NCBI GenBank assembly: GCA_963772835.1
Contig: CAVYYZ010000002.1
Location: forward strand, 192,001 to 256,000
Source: an uncultured delta proteobacterium
GTDB lineage: Bacteria; Desulfobacterota; Desulfuromonadia; Geobacterales; Pseudopelobacteraceae
Length of the DNA: 64,000 nucleotides
Reading direction: 5' to 3'
The notes under the pieces are model-generated. The model was not told the origin of the DNA. It was given only the letters and a program-made list of their open reading frames with translations, and made no database searches. The position numbers were made by a program, and so were the translations under genes. Positions 47,531-60,298 of the stretch are shown here, piece by piece (the stretch's first letter is position 1; every line of letters starts with the position of its first letter).

Positions 47531-50500
47531 ATGGCTTATTCTATTGCCAATAATCACCTCTTGCGTAAAAACTTTGCCAAGATAAAGAACATAATCGAAA
47601 TCCCAAATCTGATTGACATTCAGAAAGATTCATATCGTCGTTTTCTGCAACAGGAAATGTCCGCTGAATCTCGCGTGAATACCGGCCTTGAAGCTGTATT
47701 CAGGAGTGTCTTCCCGATTAAGGATTTCAGCGAAAGTGCTTCTCTCGAATACGTATCGTACTCACTTAACAAACCCAAGTATGATGTTGATGAATGTCAC
47801 CAGCGTGGCATGACGTATGCTGCACCGATGAAGGTTAAAGTACGTCTTGTTATCTGGGATGCCGGTAAAGACTCAACAGTCAAGGCTATCAAGGATATTA
47901 AGGAGCAGGAGGTCTACTTTGGCGAAATTCCATTGATGACCGATAACGGCACTTTTATCATCAACGGAACCGAACGGGTAATTGTAAGCCAGTTGCACCG
48001 TTCTCCAGGTGTCTTTTTCGACCACGACAAAGGCAAAACCCATTCAAGCGGAAAGGTACTGTATTCCGCACGCGTAATTCCCTACCGGGGTTCATGGCTT
48101 GATTTTGAATTTGATCACAAAGACATACTTTTCGTTCGCATTGACCGCCGGAGAAAAATGCCGGCAACTGTTCTGCTCAAAGCTTTGGGATATTCAGTTG
48201 AACAGCTTCTTAACTATTATTACAAAAGTGAAGAGATTTTTATCGGTTCCGATTCTATTGCAAAAAGTATAGAACCTGAACTCCTGACACTTCAAAAGAC
48301 TATTGTTGATGTAACTGACCCCGTCAACGGCGAAGTTCTTGTCAAAGCTAACCGTAAGTATACAAAATCTTCGATCAAGAAAATGCAAGAACGAGGGATT
48401 AAGACAGTTCCGTCAACTGTTGAGGATATTCTTGGTCGTTATTCATCATCTGACATAATTGACCCGACTACCGGCGAAATTATAGTTGAATGTAATGACG
48501 AAATTACTCTTGATCGCTTTAACGATATCAAGGCCCGCGGTGTAACCAGCTTCAAAGCTTTGTATATCGATAATCTTCACATCACGTCATCTTTCCGCGA
48601 CACGTTGCTGATTGATAAGATCAGCTCCAGTGACGAGGGCCTGATTGAAATATACAGGCGCCTCCGACCGGGAGACCCTCCTACACTTAAAAGCTCATTG
48701 GCACTCTTTGACAACTTGTTTTTCAATCCTGAGCGTTATGATCTTTCAGCGGTCGGTCGACTTAAGCTGAACTATAAGCTTGGACTTAAAGTGTGGCAGG
48801 ACTGCATGGTATTAAACGCACCATGCATGCTGAGCATTGAAGATGTCTCCAGCTTTGAATCATTAATAACCCGGCTTACTGACTCAAATAATCCATTTTC
48901 ACAGTATCTGATGATGAAACTGCCGTCAGAACTTTCCAAGGCCCTCAAAAAAGTTGAGGCGGGTCCATCTATTCCAGACAAGCTCAGAGACCAGTTATTG
49001 AGCGAACTTAATAATATTATTCGTGACAATGATTTTTTCCAGAAGGAACTGTTCTCGACGTTCGGTCTTTCAAAAGCAACACTAAAGCTTTCAGAGGTAA
49101 TAGAGCACGGTGGTTTTGACGAGAATCGCAGACAGATTGAAACGCTGCGTCGCAACAGAATGGTTTTTGAGGACCTGTTTAATACTGAAATCAAGATAGC
49201 CGTAAAAAATGACATCCTTGAGATTGTTCGCTATCTGATCGAGCTTAAAAATGGCCGTGGCGCCATCGATGATATCGATCATCTGGGTAATCGCCGTGTA
49301 CGTGCCGTTGGAGAGCTCCTGGAGAATCAGTACCGCATTGGCCTTGTCCGCATGGAGCGGGCCATCAAGGAGCGGATGAGTCTGCAGGAGGTAGAAAACC
49401 TCATGCCGCATGACCTGATTAATTCCAAGCCGGTTTCTGCTGTAGTAAAGGAATTTTTTGGTTCATCACAATTGTCCCAGTTTATGGATCAGACCAACCC
49501 GCTTTCAGAGGTAACTCATAAGCGTCGTCTTTCAGCACTGGGACCTGGCGGTCTGACCCGGGAACGTGCCGGCTTCGAGGTTCGAGACGTACATCCAACT
49601 CACTATGGTCGTGTCTGCCCGATTGAAACTCCCGAGGGTCCGAACATCGGCCTGATCGCATCTCTGTCGACGTACGCACGGATTAACAATCATGGCTTTG
49701 TGGAAACACCATACCGCATCGTCCAGGAAGGCAAAGTAACCAATGAAGTCCGCTTCTTCTCCGCACTTGAGGAAGAAGGGCATGCAATTGCTCAGGCAAA
49801 TGCAGAAGTCGATGCTGATGGACGTTTCATTAACGATTATAACTCTGCCCGCAAAAGCGGTGAATTCATCCTTGTTCATCGTGATGAAATCGCCCTAATG
49901 GACGTCGCCCCGATCCAGTTGGTATCAGTTGCAGCTGCTCTGATTCCATTCCTGGAAAACGATGACGCCAACCGTGCCCTGATGGGATCAAACATGCAGC
50001 GCCAGGCAGTCCCTCTGCTGCGTGCCGATTCACCACTGGTCGGAACCGGCATGGAACGTATCGTTGCACGCGATTCCGGTGTTTCGATCATTGCCCGTCA
50101 CAATGGCGAGGTAGAATCAGTCGATGCCGCTCGAATAGTTGTAAAGATCGATGAAAATGAAATCGATGAGAACGGTACCGGCGTTGATATCTATAATCTG
50201 ATCAAATTCGCCCGTTCCAACCAAAACACCTGCATCAACAACAAGCCGGTAGTCAAGGTGGGAGACAAGGTTAAACGCGGTGCAGTCATTGCCGATGGTC
50301 CATCAACCGATATGGGTGAACTTGCTCTTGGACAGAACATTGTCGTCGCCTTTATGCCGTGGGGTGGTTACAACTACGAGGATTCGATCCTCATCTCTGA
50401 AAAACTTATCAAGGATGACCGCTACACTTCAATCCACATTGAGGAATTCGAGTGTGTTGCACGCGATACTAAACTTGGCAAAGAAGAAATCACTTCTGAT

Positions 50501-52027
50501 ATTCCGAACCTTGGAGAAGAAACACTCAAAGATCTTGATGAATCAGGCATCATTCGCATTGGTGCTGAGGTAAAACCGGGAGATATTCTGGTTGGCAAGA
50601 TTACTCCGAAAGGCGAGACGCAACTCTCCCCGGAGGAAAAACTCCTGCGCGCCATATTTGGAGAAAAAGCCGGCGATGTACGAGATACTTCGCTCACGGT
50701 CCCTCCTGGCGTTGAAGGTACGGTAATAGGTGCAAAGATTTTCTCTCGCAAGGGAAATGACAAGGACTCCCGCACAGAAATTATCGAGAAAGCTGAAGAA
50801 GATAAACTGCGCAAAGATGAACAGGATGAGATACGGATCATTCGTGACTCTGCTATCGGCAAGTTGAAGCGGTTATTGATCGGTAAAACTCTGGCGGTCA
50901 AGCTTGACGACAGCAAAGGCAATCTTGTCCTTGCCAAAGGCAAGCAGATTACAGAAGAAGCATTACAGAAACTTGCAAATTCGTCCTGGAGTACTATTTC
51001 TGTAAGTGATGACAGTGAAACTGATGATAAGGTTCATCAGATTCTTGAAACCCTGAACCGTCAGATTGATCTCATTCACAACGTTTTTGAGGATAAAATC
51101 CAGAAATTAAAACGTGGTGATGATCTGCCACCGGGCGTAATCAAAATGGTTAAAATCTACATTTCGATTAAGCGTAAGCTGCAGGTCGGTGACAAGATGG
51201 CTGGTCGTCACGGAAATAAAGGCGTTGTCTCCCGAATTCTGCCTGAAGAAGATATGCCGTATATGGAAGACGGACGACCGGTTGAAATTGTTCTCAATCC
51301 GCTTGGGGTACCATCACGTATGAACGTCGGCCAGATTCTGGAAACGCATTTGGGATGGGCGGCAAAGGGTATCGGATGGAAAATTGAGGATATGCTTGAA
51401 AAGCATGATGATAATTTACGGTCATATTTGAAAGATGTGTACGGTGATGAGGAAGTAGGGGCGTTTATTGACGGCCTTGACAACACAGAACTGCTCAAGG
51501 TTGCACGTCGACTGCAACGCGGCGTGGCAATGGCTTCCCCGGTTTTCGAAGGCGCAAGTGAAACACAGATCAAAGCAATGCTCGGAAAGGCAAATTTACA
51601 CTCATCCGGGCAGGTGACCCTGTTTGATGGCCGCACAGGTGAACCTTTTGACAACAAGGTTACCGTCGGAGTTATGTACGTATTGAAACTCCACCATCTT
51701 GTTGATGACAAGATCCATGCGCGTTCCATAGGACCATACAGTCTTGTTACTCAGCAACCGCTTGGCGGTAAGGCGCAATTCGGGGGGCAACGGCTCGGAG
51801 AGATGGAAGTATGGGCCATGGAAGCATATGGTGCGGCTCATGCTCTTCAGGAATTCCTGACCGTTAAGTCGGATGATGTTTCCGGGCGCACGCGCATGTA
51901 TGAAGCGATCGTCAAAGGGAAACATACTCTGGAACCTGGACTGCCCGAGTCATTCAATGTTCTCATCAAGGAACTTCAATCCCTCTGCCTTGATGTTGAT
52001 CTGCTCGAAAGCGAAGAAGAACAATAA
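47531..52027 (+). CDS. rpoB: RNA polymerase beta subunit (1498 aa, with a ~129-aa insertion)
   Basis: [47 protein letters not shown] before ATG 47531. Confidence 0.99.
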   Translation: MAYSIANNHLLRKNFAKIKNIIEIPNLIDIQKDSYRRFLQQEMSAESRVNTGLEAVFRSVFPIKDFSESASLEYVSYSLNKPKYDVDECHQRGMTYAAPMKVKVRLVIWDAGKDSTVKAIKDIKEQEVYFGEIPLMTDNGTFIINGTERVIVSQLHRSPGVFFDHDKGKTHSSGKVLYSARVIPYRGSWLDFEFDHKDILFVRIDRRRKMPATVLLKALGYSVEQLLNYYYKSEEIFIGSDSIAKSIEPELLTLQKTIVDVTDPVNGEVLVKANRKYTKSSIKKMQERGIKTVPSTVEDILGRYSSSDIIDPTTGEIIVECNDEITLDRFNDIKARGVTSFKALYIDNLHITSSFRDTLLIDKISSSDEGLIEIYRRLRPGDPPTLKSSLALFDNLFFNPERYDLSAVGRLKLNYKLGLKVWQDCMVLNAPCMLSIEDVSSFESLITRLTDSNNPFSQYLMMKLPSELSKALKKVEAGPSIPDKLRDQLLSELNNIIRDNDFFQKELFSTFGLSKATLKLSEVIEHGGFDENRRQIETLRRNRMVFEDLFNTEIKIAVKNDILEIVRYLIELKNGRGAIDDIDHLGNRRVRAVGELLENQYRIGLVRMERAIKERMSLQEVENLMPHDLINSKPVSAVVKEFFGSSQLSQFMDQTNPLSEVTHKRRLSALGPGGLTRERAGFEVRDVHPTHYGRVCPIETPEGPNIGLIASLSTYARINNHGFVETPYRIVQEGKVTNEVRFFSALEEEGHAIAQANAEVDADGRFINDYNSARKSGEFILVHRDEIALMDVAPIQLVSVAAALIPFLENDDANRALMGSNMQRQAVPLLRADSPLVGTGMERIVARDSGVSIIARHNGEVESVDAARIVVKIDENEIDENGTGVDIYNLIKFARSNQNTCINNKPVVKVGDKVKRGAVIADGPSTDMGELALGQNIVVAFMPWGGYNYEDSILISEKLIKDDRYTSIHIEEFECVARDTKLGKEEITSDIPNLGEETLKDLDESGIIRIGAEVKPGDILVGKITPKGETQLSPEEKLLRAIFGEKAGDVRDTSLTVPPGVEGTVIGAKIFSRKGNDKDSRTEIIEKAEEDKLRKDEQDEIRIIRDSAIGKLKRLLIGKTLAVKLDDSKGNLVLAKGKQITEEALQKLANSSWSTISVSDDSETDDKVHQILETLNRQIDLIHNVFEDKIQKLKRGDDLPPGVIKMVKIYISIKRKLQVGDKMAGRHGNKGVVSRILPEEDMPYMEDGRPVEIVLNPLGVPSRMNVGQILETHLGWAAKGIGWKIEDMLEKHDDNLRSYLKDVYGDEEVGAFIDGLDNTELLKVARRLQRGVAMASPVFEGASETQIKAMLGKANLHSSGQVTLFDGRTGEPFDNKVTVGVMYVLKLHHLVDDKIHARSIGPYSLVTQQPLGGKAQFGGQRLGEMEVWAMEAYGAAHALQEFLTVKSDDVSGRTRMYEAIVKGKHTLEPGLPESFNVLIKELQSLCLDVDLLESEEEQ

Positions 52028-52090
52028 AGATTTCCTGGCCGGAGTCTGTATCATCAGGCACTCGGCTTCAGACTAACGGAGGAGAGCATC

Positions 52091-55000
52091 GTGGAAGATT
52101 ATTTCAGCTTTTTTGATAAACCAAAAGATCCACTCCACTTTTCAGCTATACGCATATCAATTTCATCTCCCGATAAAATTCGGGAGCGCTCTCATGGTGA
52201 AGTAAAAAAACCTGAGACTATCAACTATCGAACGTTCAAACCCGAGCGGGACGGTCTTTTCTGCGCCAAGATTTTCGGCCCGACAAAAGATTATGAATGC
52301 AATTGCGGCAAGTACAAACGCATGAAGCATCGCGGCATCATTTGTGAAAAATGTGGTGTTGAAGTCATTCCTTCTAAAGTTCGGCGCGAACGTCTGGGGC
52401 ACATTGACCTGGCCACCCCGGTTGCACATATCTGGTTCCTCAAATCACTACCTTCACGGATTGGAAACCTCCTTGATATCACTCTAAAAGACCTGGAAAA
52501 AGTACTTTACTTTGAAGGGTTTGTTATCAGTGATCCAAAAAACACTCCGTTACAGTTTTGTGAAGTGATGTCGGAAGATAAATACATAAAGATGCAGCAG
52601 GAATACGGTACCGATGCTTTTTCCGGCGGCATGGGCGCTGAAGCTATCCGTGAGTGCCTGCGTGCTCTTAAACTTGAAGATCTCGCAGTATCACTGCGGA
52701 CTGAAATGGTTGAGTCCACTAGCGAAGCAAAACGCAAGAAGACCGCAAAACGGCTCAAAGTTGTAGAAGCGTTCCGACATTCCGGCAATAAGCCGGAGTG
52801 GATGATTTTGGAATGCATCCCGGTCCTTCCACCCGAGTTGCGCCCGCTGGTACCTTTGGACGGAGGGCGTTTTGCAACATCAGATCTGAACGATCTGTAT
52901 CGTCGTGTTATTAACCGTAACAATCGTTTGAAGCGTCTTTGTGAACTGCAAGCCCCTGAAGTCATTATACGCAACGAAAAACGTATGCTTCAGGAAGCTG
53001 TTGATGCTCTCTTTGACAATGGGCGTCGCGGGCGAGCTATCGCCGGGCCTAACAAGCGTCCACTTAAGTCATTATCCGATATGCTCAAGGGAAAATCAGG
53101 GCGTTTTCGGCAAAACCTGCTCGGTAAACGTGTTGATTACTCCGGCCGTTCCGTTATTGTTGTCGGGCCAGAACTTAAGCTGCATCAGTGCGGACTTCCC
53201 AAAAAAATGGCACTGGAGCTGTTCAAACCATTTATCTACAACAAACTTGAAGAGCGCGGTTTCGTTACCACTATCAAAAGCGCAAAGAAAATGGTTGAAA
53301 AAGAGCGCCCTGAAGTATGGGACGTCCTGGAAGAGGTTATCAAGGAACATCCCGTTATGCTTAACCGGGCACCGACGCTTCATCGTCTTGGAATCCAGGC
53401 TTTTGAACCGGTTTTGATTGAAGGCAAGGCTATTCAACTGCATCCGCTCGTCTGCACCGCCTTCAACGCAGACTTTGACGGTGACCAGATGGCTGTGCAT
53501 CTTCCACTCTCCATTGAGAGCCAGGTCGAAGCGCGTGTTTTGATGATGTCTACCAATAACATTCTCTCTCCAGCCAACGGGAAACCGATCATAGTACCGT
53601 CCCAGGATATGGTTCTCGGTGCGTACTACATGACCCGTGACAGAATTAACGCCAAGGGGGAATATTACCGGCCGACTGAGCAGGAACTATTGGCAGGCGT
53701 AAATGCTTCCGGCTGTTTCTCTTCACCGGAGGAAGTAAGAATTGCTTTCGATGCCGGCGAAATAGATATGCAGGCTTTAATTAAAGTACGCATGAAGAAC
53801 CTGCCATCAGACGAGAAGGCCCAACTGGTTGACACCACTGCAGGACGTATACTGCTGCGTGATGTCCTACCGGCTGCAGTGCCGTTCTCCACTATAAATA
53901 AAGTCATGACCAAAAAAGAACTTTCTAACCTGGTTGATACCTGTTATCGCCTGTCAGACAGCAAAGAGACCGTCCTTCTGGCTGACCGCCTCAAAGAAAT
54001 CGGCTTTAAATATGCGAATCTGGCAGGTATCTCCATTTGTCTGGATGACATGGTTATTCCGGAAGGAAAACCGGCGATTATTGAGAAAGCGCACGAAGAG
54101 GTCACCGAGATCCAGAATCAGTACACCGAGGGTCTCATCACCGACGGCGAACGCTATAACAAGGTTATCGATATCTGGGCAAAGGCAACTGAAGAGATTG
54201 CGACAGAGATGCTTGACAACCTTTCAAAAGAAATTGTCACCGCACGGGACGGCAGCAAAATAGAAACATCTTCTTTCAATGCTATACATATGATGGCAGA
54301 TTCAGGAGCTCGTGGTTCTGCACAGCAGATTCGTCAGCTTGCCGGTATGCGTGGTTTGATGGCCAAGCCTTCAGGCGAGATCATTGAAACCCCGATTACA
54401 GCAAACTTCCGAGAAGGATTGACTGTTCTCCAGTACTTTATTTCTACCCACGGAGCACGTAAGGGTCTGGCTGATACGGCTCTCAAAACGGCAAACTCCG
54501 GTTATCTGACCCGACGTCTGGTTGATGTCGCTCAGGATGCTATTATCACTGAAACTGATTGTGGGACGCTAGACGGTCTGGTCGTATCATCTCTGACAGA
54601 AGGTGGAGAGATTATCGAACCGATCGGTGACCGTATACTCGGACGTGTTGCACTTGATGATATTCATGATCCTTTGACTGATGAAATACTTATTGAGATG
54701 AATCAGGAAATTGATGAATATCTGGTTAAACGGGTTGAAGATGCTGGGATTGAGAAGGTTAAGATCAGATCCGTACTTACCTGCCAAAGCAAGCGCGGCA
54801 TTTGTGCCAAGTGCTATGGTCGTGACCTTGCTAGGGGGCACAGTGTCAACATGGGTGAAGCTGTCGGCGTAATCGCAGCCCAGTCGATTGGTGAGCCCGG
54901 TACACAGCTGACAATGCGTACGTTCCACATTGGTGGTACCGCTTCCCGTCACGCCGAACAGACTTCACTTGAGGCTCGTGCCGATGGTGTTATCAAGTAT

Positions 55001-56287
55001 ATTAATGTTAATTTCGTCATTAACAATGATGGCCACCATATTGTTATGAACCGCAATGGTGAGATCGCCGTAATTGACGATACCGGCCGCGAACGTGAAA
55101 AATATACCGTAGTGTACGGTGCAAAAATTAAGATTGCCCCGGGAGGCGCGGTTAAACAGGGTGATACACTTTCCGAGTGGGATCCCTACACCATGCCGAT
55201 ACTTACTGAATTCGGTGGACGGGTCAAGTTTGCCGACATTCTCGAAGGCGTCACCATGGAAGAACAGCTTGATGATGTAACCGGTCTTTCCCGTAAGGTT
55301 ATTATCGAGACTAAAGACACGGACAAGCGCCCACGTATAGCCATCAAGGACGCATCGGGCGAAAGTGGCGGCACTATCGGCCGTTACTTCCTTCCGGCAG
55401 GTGCAAATATTTCCGTCACCGATGACACAATTATCAGTGCCGGTGATATTATCGCCAAAATACCTCGTGAAACGACTAAAACCAAGGATATTACCGGAGG
55501 TCTTCCACGAGTTGCCGAACTTTTCGAAGCACGTAAACCGAAGGACTTTGCCGTTATTACTGAGATCGATGGGCGTGTGTCATACGGTAAAGATGCTAAA
55601 GGTAAGCGAAAGGTTATTGTTACTCCTGAACTAGGTGAACCGAAGGAATATTTGATTCCGAAGGGTAAACATATCAGTGTTCACGAGGGTGACCATGTTC
55701 GTGCCGGTGAACCGCTTATGGACGGCTCGTCTAATCCGCACGATATTCTGCGGGTTCTCGGCGTCAAGGAACTTGCGAAATACCTGGTAGATGAAGTTCA
55801 GGAAGTGTATCGTCTTCAGGGCGTAAAGATTAACGATAAGCATATCGAGGTTATTGTACGTCAGATGCTGCGGCGCGTACGCATCAAGGATACCGGCGAT
55901 ACTAATCTTCTTGTGGATGACCAGATCGAGCGTTCTGTTTTTGAACAGGAAAACGAAAAGGCATTTCGTGATGGCAAGCGACCGGCAGTTGCTGAACCGC
56001 TCCTGCTCGGGATTACAAAGGCATCACTTTCTACGGAATCCTTCATTTCAGCCGCATCATTCCAGGAGACAACCAAGGTACTGACACAGGCTGCAATTGA
56101 AGGGAAAATTGATTACCTGCGCGGACTCAAAGAAAATGTCATTATGGGTCGCTTGATACCTGCAGGGACCGGAATTGCCCGCTATCGAAATTTGCGATTG
56201 CAGGCTGAATCCCTTGCTCATAAAGAAAGCGAAGTAAAAGAAGGAGTGAGTTCGGAAGCTGAGGAAATTAATTTAGAAGCAGCCTAA
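52091..56287 (+). CDS. rpoC: RNA polymerase beta' subunit
   Basis: NADFDGD catalytic motif, Zn finger, [13 protein letters not shown]. Confidence 0.99.
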   Translation: MEDYFSFFDKPKDPLHFSAIRISISSPDKIRERSHGEVKKPETINYRTFKPERDGLFCAKIFGPTKDYECNCGKYKRMKHRGIICEKCGVEVIPSKVRRERLGHIDLATPVAHIWFLKSLPSRIGNLLDITLKDLEKVLYFEGFVISDPKNTPLQFCEVMSEDKYIKMQQEYGTDAFSGGMGAEAIRECLRALKLEDLAVSLRTEMVESTSEAKRKKTAKRLKVVEAFRHSGNKPEWMILECIPVLPPELRPLVPLDGGRFATSDLNDLYRRVINRNNRLKRLCELQAPEVIIRNEKRMLQEAVDALFDNGRRGRAIAGPNKRPLKSLSDMLKGKSGRFRQNLLGKRVDYSGRSVIVVGPELKLHQCGLPKKMALELFKPFIYNKLEERGFVTTIKSAKKMVEKERPEVWDVLEEVIKEHPVMLNRAPTLHRLGIQAFEPVLIEGKAIQLHPLVCTAFNADFDGDQMAVHLPLSIESQVEARVLMMSTNNILSPANGKPIIVPSQDMVLGAYYMTRDRINAKGEYYRPTEQELLAGVNASGCFSSPEEVRIAFDAGEIDMQALIKVRMKNLPSDEKAQLVDTTAGRILLRDVLPAAVPFSTINKVMTKKELSNLVDTCYRLSDSKETVLLADRLKEIGFKYANLAGISICLDDMVIPEGKPAIIEKAHEEVTEIQNQYTEGLITDGERYNKVIDIWAKATEEIATEMLDNLSKEIVTARDGSKIETSSFNAIHMMADSGARGSAQQIRQLAGMRGLMAKPSGEIIETPITANFREGLTVLQYFISTHGARKGLADTALKTANSGYLTRRLVDVAQDAIITETDCGTLDGLVVSSLTEGGEIIEPIGDRILGRVALDDIHDPLTDEILIEMNQEIDEYLVKRVEDAGIEKVKIRSVLTCQSKRGICAKCYGRDLARGHSVNMGEAVGVIAAQSIGEPGTQLTMRTFHIGGTASRHAEQTSLEARADGVIKYINVNFVINNDGHHIVMNRNGEIAVIDDTGREREKYTVVYGAKIKIAPGGAVKQGDTLSEWDPYTMPILTEFGGRVKFADILEGVTMEEQLDDVTGLSRKVIIETKDTDKRPRIAIKDASGESGGTIGRYFLPAGANISVTDDTIISAGDIIAKIPRETTKTKDITGGLPRVAELFEARKPKDFAVITEIDGRVSYGKDAKGKRKVIVTPELGEPKEYLIPKGKHISVHEGDHVRAGEPLMDGSSNPHDILRVLGVKELAKYLVDEVQEVYRLQGVKINDKHIEVIVRQMLRRVRIKDTGDTNLLVDDQIERSVFEQENEKAFRDGKRPAVAEPLLLGITKASLSTESFISAASFQETTKVLTQAAIEGKIDYLRGLKENVIMGRLIPAGTGIARYRNLRLQAESLAHKESEVKEGVSSEAEEINLEAA

Positions 56288-56315
56288 ACTCAGTATTGAA
56301 TTCATCACATACCGT

Positions 56316-56352
56316 AACGGCCGGGGATTTAACTTCCCGGCCGTTTTTATTT
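56316..56352 (+). terminator. Intrinsic terminator after rpoC
   Basis: AACGGCCGGGGA-TTTAAC-TTCCCGGCCGTT followed by T-rich tail. Confidence 0.8.
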
Positions 56353-56466
56353 GGGAAATCTTGTTTGCTTCATCCCTTTTATAAATAGTCATAGATTCAC
56401 CTTCCTTATCAGGTGAATACAGATATTCTGTTTATACGTTCGGAAACGTCAAGGGACTTGATTTGC

Positions 56467-58074
56467 TCAACTCTTTCCGGTGAGCTTTTTCCAACTGTTC
56501 CCTGCTAATTCAACCAATCCGTTCATCGTACGTGTATAAAACCTGGTAACCGGTAGACTGTTGACAAGCAACAAACCGTTACGCGCTTCAATGGAAACGG
56601 GATCACCCGTAGAGAACGAGGATATCTGGGAATAATATTCTCCGGACATTCCAAACAGGAATTTGTATACTGAACTTTCGAAACGGCATGAAACAATAAG
56701 TATAACAACTTCCGGGTTACCTGTTTTATGGTGAAATCGAACCGTTGATGTAACAAATGAACCCGTAACTGCAGAGTGCGATGAAGCCAGCAACGACTCG
56801 ATATTAAGGCCCTTCGGCTTCATAGTTCCAAGAGACGGCTGTCCCCACGGTTTATATCGTTCATGAGGCCGTGTCCTGTAATGATCGGTGCGCTCCAGCA
56901 GTGTTACGACATTATTATTTATCGGACCACCGATCGAATGTGATAGGCCCGCTGAAAACCCATGTTCTCTGATCAGACGATGATTTTCAACGATCTGAAT
57001 CATACCGGTTGCTCCAAGCGGATGCCCCCTCCCCTTCAGACCTCCGGTAAGGTTGGTTGGAAATGCGCCGTTTGTACCGGTCAGCGAATCGTCCAGCATG
57101 GCGTCCATCAGTCTGTTCCTGCTGACAATACCCAGATCAACCATATTTATTGGTCCAAACCCGTTAAAGGGATCATGCATATTAACATGAAGTTTACCGG
57201 CGAAAGACCGTATATCTTTTATACCCGCCATTCCGTAAGCGTAGCCCGCGGCTATTATCGTCGCTGGAAACGAATGAAAGTAATTACGGTCTGCAATAGT
57301 CGGAATGTCTGTTGCGCTCCCCACGCCGCTTACACGGACCTCTTGAGGTCGAGAAGTAAGGACAACAGCAGCTACACCGTCAGACATGGGGCAGTAATCG
57401 TGATAACGTAGTGGGGACCAATATTGATAGTTTCTACCGTCAGCAATCTGGCTATAATAATCCTGCAGTTCAATCTGGATATTCAAGTGAGCATTTGTGT
57501 TCAGGGCGGCAAAACGATGGCTTCTCTGGGTCAGCAAGGCTGAATAGGCTGTCCATTCTTCATCAGACAACCCGAGGCGCTCTTTTAAAGCCCGGGCAAC
57601 CAGCCCTCCGCATGCAGGCATCGACAAACCATATTCGGCTTCATTTCGATCAATAACTCCGGCGATAATTCGAGTTGATTCAGTTGTCGATGTATCGCTC
57701 ATCTTCTGCACGCCCAGGGCAAGGACAGAATCATATCTCCCCGATGCGATCTCGAGGTAGGCACTTTCAAATGCTGAAGCTCCCGACGAAGAAGCGGTGT
57801 CGACAAGGACAGAACGGGCCCCGGAAATACCTAAAATACCAGCTATTTTAGCAGCTGTATTGTCTACACCTGAAAAAGCAGCAGGGTTCTGACTTCCAAC
57901 GATCACCGCTTCTATATCACGGCGTCGAACCGGGCTGCCGTTAAATACTTCGCCACTCATTTCAGACAATTCCAAAAAAGAGAAATGTTGTTTATCTTTC
58001 CCGTTATAACGCCCAACTGGAGCCATCCAGGAGGAAGCAACATAGACGGGTCTAGGCATAAATGGAATTTCCAT
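56467..58074 (-). CDS. SCP2-type thiolase-fold protein lacking catalytic cysteines, with C-terminal extension
   Basis: DTASSSG, CPMSDGVAA, HDPF, GGLKGRGHPLGATG; about 140 extra C-terminal residues; start uncertain (58074 or 58059). Confidence 0.82.
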   Translation of the reverse strand: MEIPFMPRPVYVASSWMAPVGRYNGKDKQHFSFLELSEMSGEVFNGSPVRRRDIEAVIVGSQNPAAFSGVDNTAAKIAGILGISGARSVLVDTASSSGASAFESAYLEIASGRYDSVLALGVQKMSDTSTTESTRIIAGVIDRNEAEYGLSMPACGGLVARALKERLGLSDEEWTAYSALLTQRSHRFAALNTNAHLNIQIELQDYYSQIADGRNYQYWSPLRYHDYCPMSDGVAAVVLTSRPQEVRVSGVGSATDIPTIADRNYFHSFPATIIAAGYAYGMAGIKDIRSFAGKLHVNMHDPFNGFGPINMVDLGIVSRNRLMDAMLDDSLTGTNGAFPTNLTGGLKGRGHPLGATGMIQIVENHRLIREHGFSAGLSHSIGGPINNNVVTLLERTDHYRTRPHERYKPWGQPSLGTMKPKGLNIESLLASSHSAVTGSFVTSTVRFHHKTGNPEVVILIVSCRFESSVYKFLFGMSGEYYSQISSFSTGDPVSIEARNGLLLVNSLPVTRFYTRTMNGLVELAGNSWKKLTGKS

Positions 58075-58159
58075 ATGCAACCTTTCTCAGCTGATTGGTT
58101 CAGTACAACGTCCCGAATAAATTGTAACGGTAATAACGACAATAATACGGCATAACTTG

Positions 58160-58630
58160 TTAAAAGCCACACCCGCCACTGTTTTTTTGATGATATTTCT
58201 GGTGATACGACTCAGCCTCCCAGAAAACTGATACCGGTACAATTTGAGTAGTAATTGTTTGTCGAAACGTACGGCTGTTTTCTAATCCGGCTCGTGACGC
58301 AAGAGCCGCATCCCGTTGCCCCTCGGAATGATAGAATATTACCGAGCGATATTGTTCACCAAAATCTGGCCCCTGTCTGTTTAACTGAGTCGGGTCATGA
58401 CACTCCCAGAAAACTTTGAGCAGGGATTCATAACTGACCTGCAGCGGGTCAAAGGTGATTTCGACCGCTTCAGCATGACCGGTATCGTGATTACATATGT
58501 CGTGATATGAGGGATTGTCAGTATGACCTCCGCAGTAACCAACCCGGGTTGCGATAACCCCGGAAACAACTGCAAATACATCCTCAACGCCCCAGAAGCA
58601 GCCTGCAGCAAAAGTTGCAACCACAAACAT
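58160..58630 (-). CDS. msrA: Peptide methionine sulfoxide reductase A
   Basis: GCFWG, GHAE, HDPTQLNRQGPD, AESYHQKY; GGAGG RBS. Confidence 0.95.
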   Translation of the reverse strand: MFVVATFAAGCFWGVEDVFAVVSGVIATRVGYCGGHTDNPSYHDICNHDTGHAEAVEITFDPLQVSYESLLKVFWECHDPTQLNRQGPDFGEQYRSVIFYHSEGQRDAALASRAGLENSRTFRQTITTQIVPVSVFWEAESYHQKYHQKNSGGCGF

Positions 58631-58710
58631 TCTCTCCTCCCCATTATGAATACTTGGATTGTAATTCAACAAATGATGTATGGCAGGACATGCGGGAAAA
58701 TAATTAACTT

Positions 58711-58740
58711 AAAAAAAACGGGACCCGTTAGGTCCCGTTT
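58711..58740 (-). terminator. Intrinsic terminator after yebC
   Basis: AAACGGGACC-TAACG-GGTCCCGTTTTTTTT on the minus strand. Confidence 0.8.
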
Positions 58741-58744
58741 AAAA

Positions 58745-59488
58745 CTACATCAGTTTTTCCATTTCTTCTTCAGAAATATCGAAGTTGGCATAGACGTTCT
58801 GAACATCATCGTTATCTTCCAGTTTGTCCATTAACTTGAGCATGCTTTCGGCCTGTTTCCCTTCGAGCTTGACCTGAGTCTGGGGAATCATGGTAACCTC
58901 GGCATTTATATGTTTAAAACCCTTCGAGGCCAATGCCTCACGCACCTCAATAAATGAGGAGGGCTCTGACGTGACCTCATAACAATCATCCTGTTCAGAC
59001 ACATCTTCAGCACCTGCTTCAAGTGACGCTTCAAAAAGCTGATCAAAATTGACGGATTTGTCATAATTGATAAGTCCCTTCTTGTCGAATATCCAAGCGA
59101 CACAACCAGCTTCTCCCATATTGCCGTTACTCTTGGAAAAAATACTGCGGATATCTGAAACAGATCGATTTCGATTATCAGTGAGCACTTCGACGAGGAC
59201 AGCAGCTCCGCCGGGCCCATAGCCTTCATAGACAATCTCCTCGTAGGTAACCCCCTCCATACCGCCGGCACCCTTCTTGATTGCCCGTTCTATGTTATCT
59301 TTTGGCATGTTTTCTGCCTTAGCTTTATCAACAGCGGTTCGCAGTCGAGGGTTTGCGGCAAGATCAGCTCCTCCCAGTTTAGCGGCAACTGATATTTCCT
59401 TGATAAATTTAGTAAAAAGCTTGCCCCGTTTTGCGTCAGCAGCACCTTTTTTATGTTTGATAGTACTCCACTTATTATGACCCGACAT
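58745..59488 (-). CDS. yebC: YebC/PmpR family protein
   Basis: [36 protein letters not shown]. Confidence 0.95.
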   Translation of the reverse strand: MSGHNKWSTIKHKKGAADAKRGKLFTKFIKEISVAAKLGGADLAANPRLRTAVDKAKAENMPKDNIERAIKKGAGGMEGVTYEEIVYEGYGPGGAAVLVEVLTDNRNRSVSDIRSIFSKSNGNMGEAGCVAWIFDKKGLINYDKSVNFDQLFEASLEAGAEDVSEQDDCYEVTSEPSSFIEVREALASKGFKHINAEVTMIPQTQVKLEGKQAESMLKLMDKLEDNDDVQNVYANFDISEEEMEKLM

Positions 59489-59705
59489 TATTTCGACTCC
59501 TTTGGGAAAGTGTATTATAAGTATTCTAGTGCCTAAAATGGTCAAAATATCATGGTTGACTATGCCTGTCCAGAGGGAATTTTGCGGGAGCGACGACTTG
59601 CAACAAATCATAATTAAAGATTATCGGGAAACAGCTGATTCGAAAATGAAATAGAGGTTGACAGTGTTGCTGATTATTCGTTATAAGTATCACTTGATTG
59701 CACAT

Positions 59706-59779
59706 GGCGCGTTATCCAAGAGGCTAGGAGCCGGTCTGCAAAACCGTTAACGTCGGTTCGAATCCGACACGCGCCTCCA
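59706..59779 (+). tRNA. tRNA-Cys(GCA)
   Basis: GGCGCGT acceptor stem; loop CTGCAAA; U73-CCA; TTGACA...TATAAG promoter-like sequence upstream. Confidence 0.93.
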
Positions 59780-59793
59780 AACTTATCCATCAC

Positions 59794-59839
59794 ACAACAA
59801 GAAAAGGCCATGCTTTAAAGCATGGCCTTTTCTTGTTGT
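59794..59839. terminator. 46-bp perfect palindrome, likely bidirectional terminator
   Basis: ACAACAAGAAAAGGCCATGCTTT/AAAGCATGGCCTTTTCTTGTTGT. Confidence 0.8.
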
Positions 59840-59867
59840 CGAACAATTTCAATGATATGTGCCAAGG

Positions 59868-60230
59868 CTATTTAGCATTTTCATCCAGAAGATAGTTCAT
59901 AAACACGACAATATCACGGATTTGCTTCTTATTCATGTCGGAATTCGGCTTTCTCAGCATTTTTATTCCGTAAGCCTTTACAGCCTGCTTGTTAAACGGC
60001 TGCCCTGTTATTGGAGCCCTCCCCGTCTGGACAGCAATTACCGTACGCTCCATAGTATGACACTTAATGCACTTTTCCTGCATGAGATCAAAGGATGCTT
60101 TGAAATTATCAGGAATACCTTCTGCACTAAAATTCATTCTAGCACCCCGACCCGTTATCTTTACTCGCGCTTCAGCAATTGAATAGATTGAAAGAGTTAT
60201 AAACACTGCCAGAGTGAGATACTTTTTCAT
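59868..60230 (-). CDS. Small periplasmic monoheme cytochrome c
   Basis: Signal peptide; CIKCH; distal Met candidates. Confidence 0.8.
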   Translation of the reverse strand: MKKYLTLAVFITLSIYSIAEARVKITGRGARMNFSAEGIPDNFKASFDLMQEKCIKCHTMERTVIAVQTGRAPITGQPFNKQAVKAYGIKMLRKPNSDMNKKQIRDIVVFMNYLLDENAK

Positions 60231-60298
60231 AAATGCTCCTTAAAAAGTTCTTTTAACGTGTATTAAAGCAGCAAAACAATCCAATTGAAATTCGAAGA

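Noticed and set aside
48815..49201. RpoB insertion as an intein
   Set aside because: No His-Asn followed by Cys/Ser/Thr at the end and no TxxH block; the composition looks helical rather than like the beta-rich HINT fold.
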